64,000 nucleotides of DNA from Octopus sinensis (lineage: Eukaryota), in the NCBI RefSeq assembly GCF_006345805.1, contig NC_043023.1, positions 4,154,001 through 4,218,000 of the forward strand, written 5' to 3'. The translations under genes were made by a program, and so were the position numbers. Under the pieces are notes generated by a model, which saw only the letters and a list, made by a program, of their open reading frames with translations, had not been told where the DNA came from and searched no databases. Below are positions 62,130 through 64,000 of the stretch, in pieces (position 1 is the stretch's first letter; each line of letters opens with the position of its first letter).

Positions 62130-62462
62130 TCCGTTGACATGTTTACAAAGTCAGAAAAAAGGCACAGCTCCCATGACTTTCGGAGACATTTTTTCACGCT
62201 AAGAGTTGCTGAAGCATGGAACAAACTGCCGGCATCGGTTGTTAGTTGTCGGAGCACTGCATCCTTCAAAACTTCAATGCTTCCTGAGATTCGCCAACAC
62301 TACACCTGATTTTCTCCCCTCCATACACACACAAGCATGTATCTGACTCATACATTGTTCGCTTTCCAGACATTTGTACATTACTGCATGTGCTTTATAC
62401 GCACTTTTGATAAGTTGTGGTGCACCTGAGCACTGTATACAATAATTTCATTATTATTATTA
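62130..62462 (+). mobile_element. CR1/L2-type LINE 3' end
   Basis: RRHFFTLRVAEAWNKLPASVVSCRSTASFK motif followed by a 3' UTR and (ATT)n tail. Confidence 0.8.
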
Positions 62463-63072
62463 TAACATTGCCAGTTATGGAATACAGGGCAATTGTAGGA
62501 GAAATTATGATAAACACAAGTTTATATTACACTGTGTAACAAATTTCTCTCCTTGGGTAGCAACTGTTATTTCCTATTTGCTTACCCATAGAAAGTATGA
62601 GAAATGGCTAATATTTCCTTCAAAATTTGCTTTCCTTATGTTTATTCAAACCTCAAAGAATCCCTCTCAACACATGGCTAGGATGCTCCCCAACAACTCC
62701 TGCTCATTATGAGCTAAGGGACACACTCAATTGGTTATGTTCAAGCAATTCTGTGGTTTTGAGCAGAATATAATGCGATTTCTGCTTCAGTAGCTCGGAT
62801 CTGAATCTGTATGAAATATAATGGCAGTTTCAAAACACTGATGTCCAGGTCGTCACAAAAGCACAATTTGAAGAGAATAGAAGTCACCTCCTTTGATTTC
62901 TAGATAGAAACAAATAAGAAATAACAACAATCGAAGAAAAATACAATTTTAATTTTGTTGTACAGTGTTATTAGTTCCTACGTATGTTTCACCATTGTGG
63001 CTGCTTAACCAGAATGGATTATCATGTTTTTTGTAACTGAATGCAATAAATGAAATCCAAAGCAACACTTAC

Positions 63073-63115
63073 CATCCAATGACTCCAGCTGAACAGTTTC
63101 ATCATCATCACATTC
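63073..63115 (-). CDS. usp19: USP19-like deubiquitinase, internal 43-nt exon
   Basis: tttcttctttttcag acceptor and G|gtaagt donor. Reads ECDDDETVQLESLD and joins in phase 1 to the 60762 exon, giving EC...GDISLDHCLNLF, co-linear with recalled human USP19 ECAEDP...GHFTLDQCLNLF. Confidence 0.75.
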
Positions 63116-63299
63116 CTGAAAAAGAAGAAAAACAATGGAATATATACATACATCTTTATTCTTTTTATTTTTAATTATTCTTCCACTACCACCCTCACAC
63201 ACTACATACATACCTGTTCACACACACACAGAGTTTTTATACATTAGAATATATAAAAACCCTTCACCCATACATCATACATGCAGATGTGGCAGATGA

Positions 63300-63900
63300 A
63301 TAGGTGCAATAAACACCGAAGATGTACAAAAAACAGATTCCATCACATGCCAGGGGGAAAACTACAAGTAGTTGTTAGTTTCTGTTACCTGGGTGACCAA
63401 GTCATTAGTGGGGGGTGGTGCTCTTGAGAGCATAGCTGCTAGAAAAAGAATAGCCTGGGCAAAGTTCGGAGAGCTCTTAACTCTGCTGGTAACAAAGGGC
63501 CTCTCACGCAGAGTGAAAGGTAGGCTGTATGATGTCTGTGTGCAAACAGCCATGCTACGAGGTAGTGAAACATGGGCTGTGAATGATGAGGACATGTGTA
63601 GACTTGAAAGAAATGAAGCTAGTATGATCCGCTGGATGTATAATGTCAGTGTGCATACATGAGAGTGTAAGCACCCTGAGAGAAAAGTTGGACAGAAAAA
63701 GCATCAGATGTGGTGTGCAAGAGAGATGACTTCACTGATATGGTCATGTGATGCATATGGATGAGGAAAGCAGTGTAAAGTGTCACACCCTAACAGTGGA
63801 GGGAACCTATTGAAGAGGTAGACCCAGGAAGACATGGGATGAGGTGGTGAAGCATGACTTCACAGAGGCAATGGCAAGCGACCAAGACTTTTGGACAATA
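63300..63900 (+). mobile_element. RTE-clade LINE 3' fragment
   Basis: FCYLGD...RKRIAWAKF.EL..LL...KGRLYDVCVQTAMLRGSETW...LERNEASMIRWM...RGRPRKTWDEVV. Confidence 0.85.
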
Positions 63901-64000
63901 TGCCGTGCTTATGAAGACTTGTTGAGCCAAGTGAAATCGTAGTTGTGACCGATGCTAGTACCGCCTGACTGGCACCCATGCCGGTGGCACGTAAAAGCAC

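Noticed and set aside
62940-63072. Possible exon after a ttcag at ~63037 on the minus strand
   Set aside because: It would need a 36-nt intron and hits a stop in the required phase. The 43-nt exon already joins the 60762 exon in frame with good homology.

Overview
Eukaryotic, AT- and microsatellite-rich animal genomic DNA. The repeat landscape looks like a coleoid cephalopod such as Octopus; this is recognition from memory, not a database result. Two host genes converge tail-to-tail. On the + strand are the last two coding exons of an UNC5 netrin receptor (death domain; 8796-8897 and 10376-10547). On the - strand are the last five coding exons of a USP19-like deubiquitinase (63115 to 54051), which ends in an EEVD-like MDAVD motif. 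The dominant structure between them is a ~14.4 kb satellite (23818-38222) built from a 26/32-bp TTAGGG-derived unit. It flips orientation 21 times at only two stereotyped junction sequences, carries pure (CCCTAA)n tracts before every C-to-G switch, shows 2.4 kb and 1.7 kb higher-order duplications, and is bracketed by ~0.93 kb diverged inverted arms. The rest is transposon debris: Penelope-like elements, several hammerhead-ribozyme-like motifs (one inside a tRNA-headed SINE), RTE/CR1/Hero/Tx1-like LINE fragments (two RTE copies internally inverted), Tc1/mariner relics, Helitron-like and MITE-like elements, three abundant SINE-type families and two 5S rRNA-derived copies. Most ORFs in the supplied track are microsatellite artefacts.
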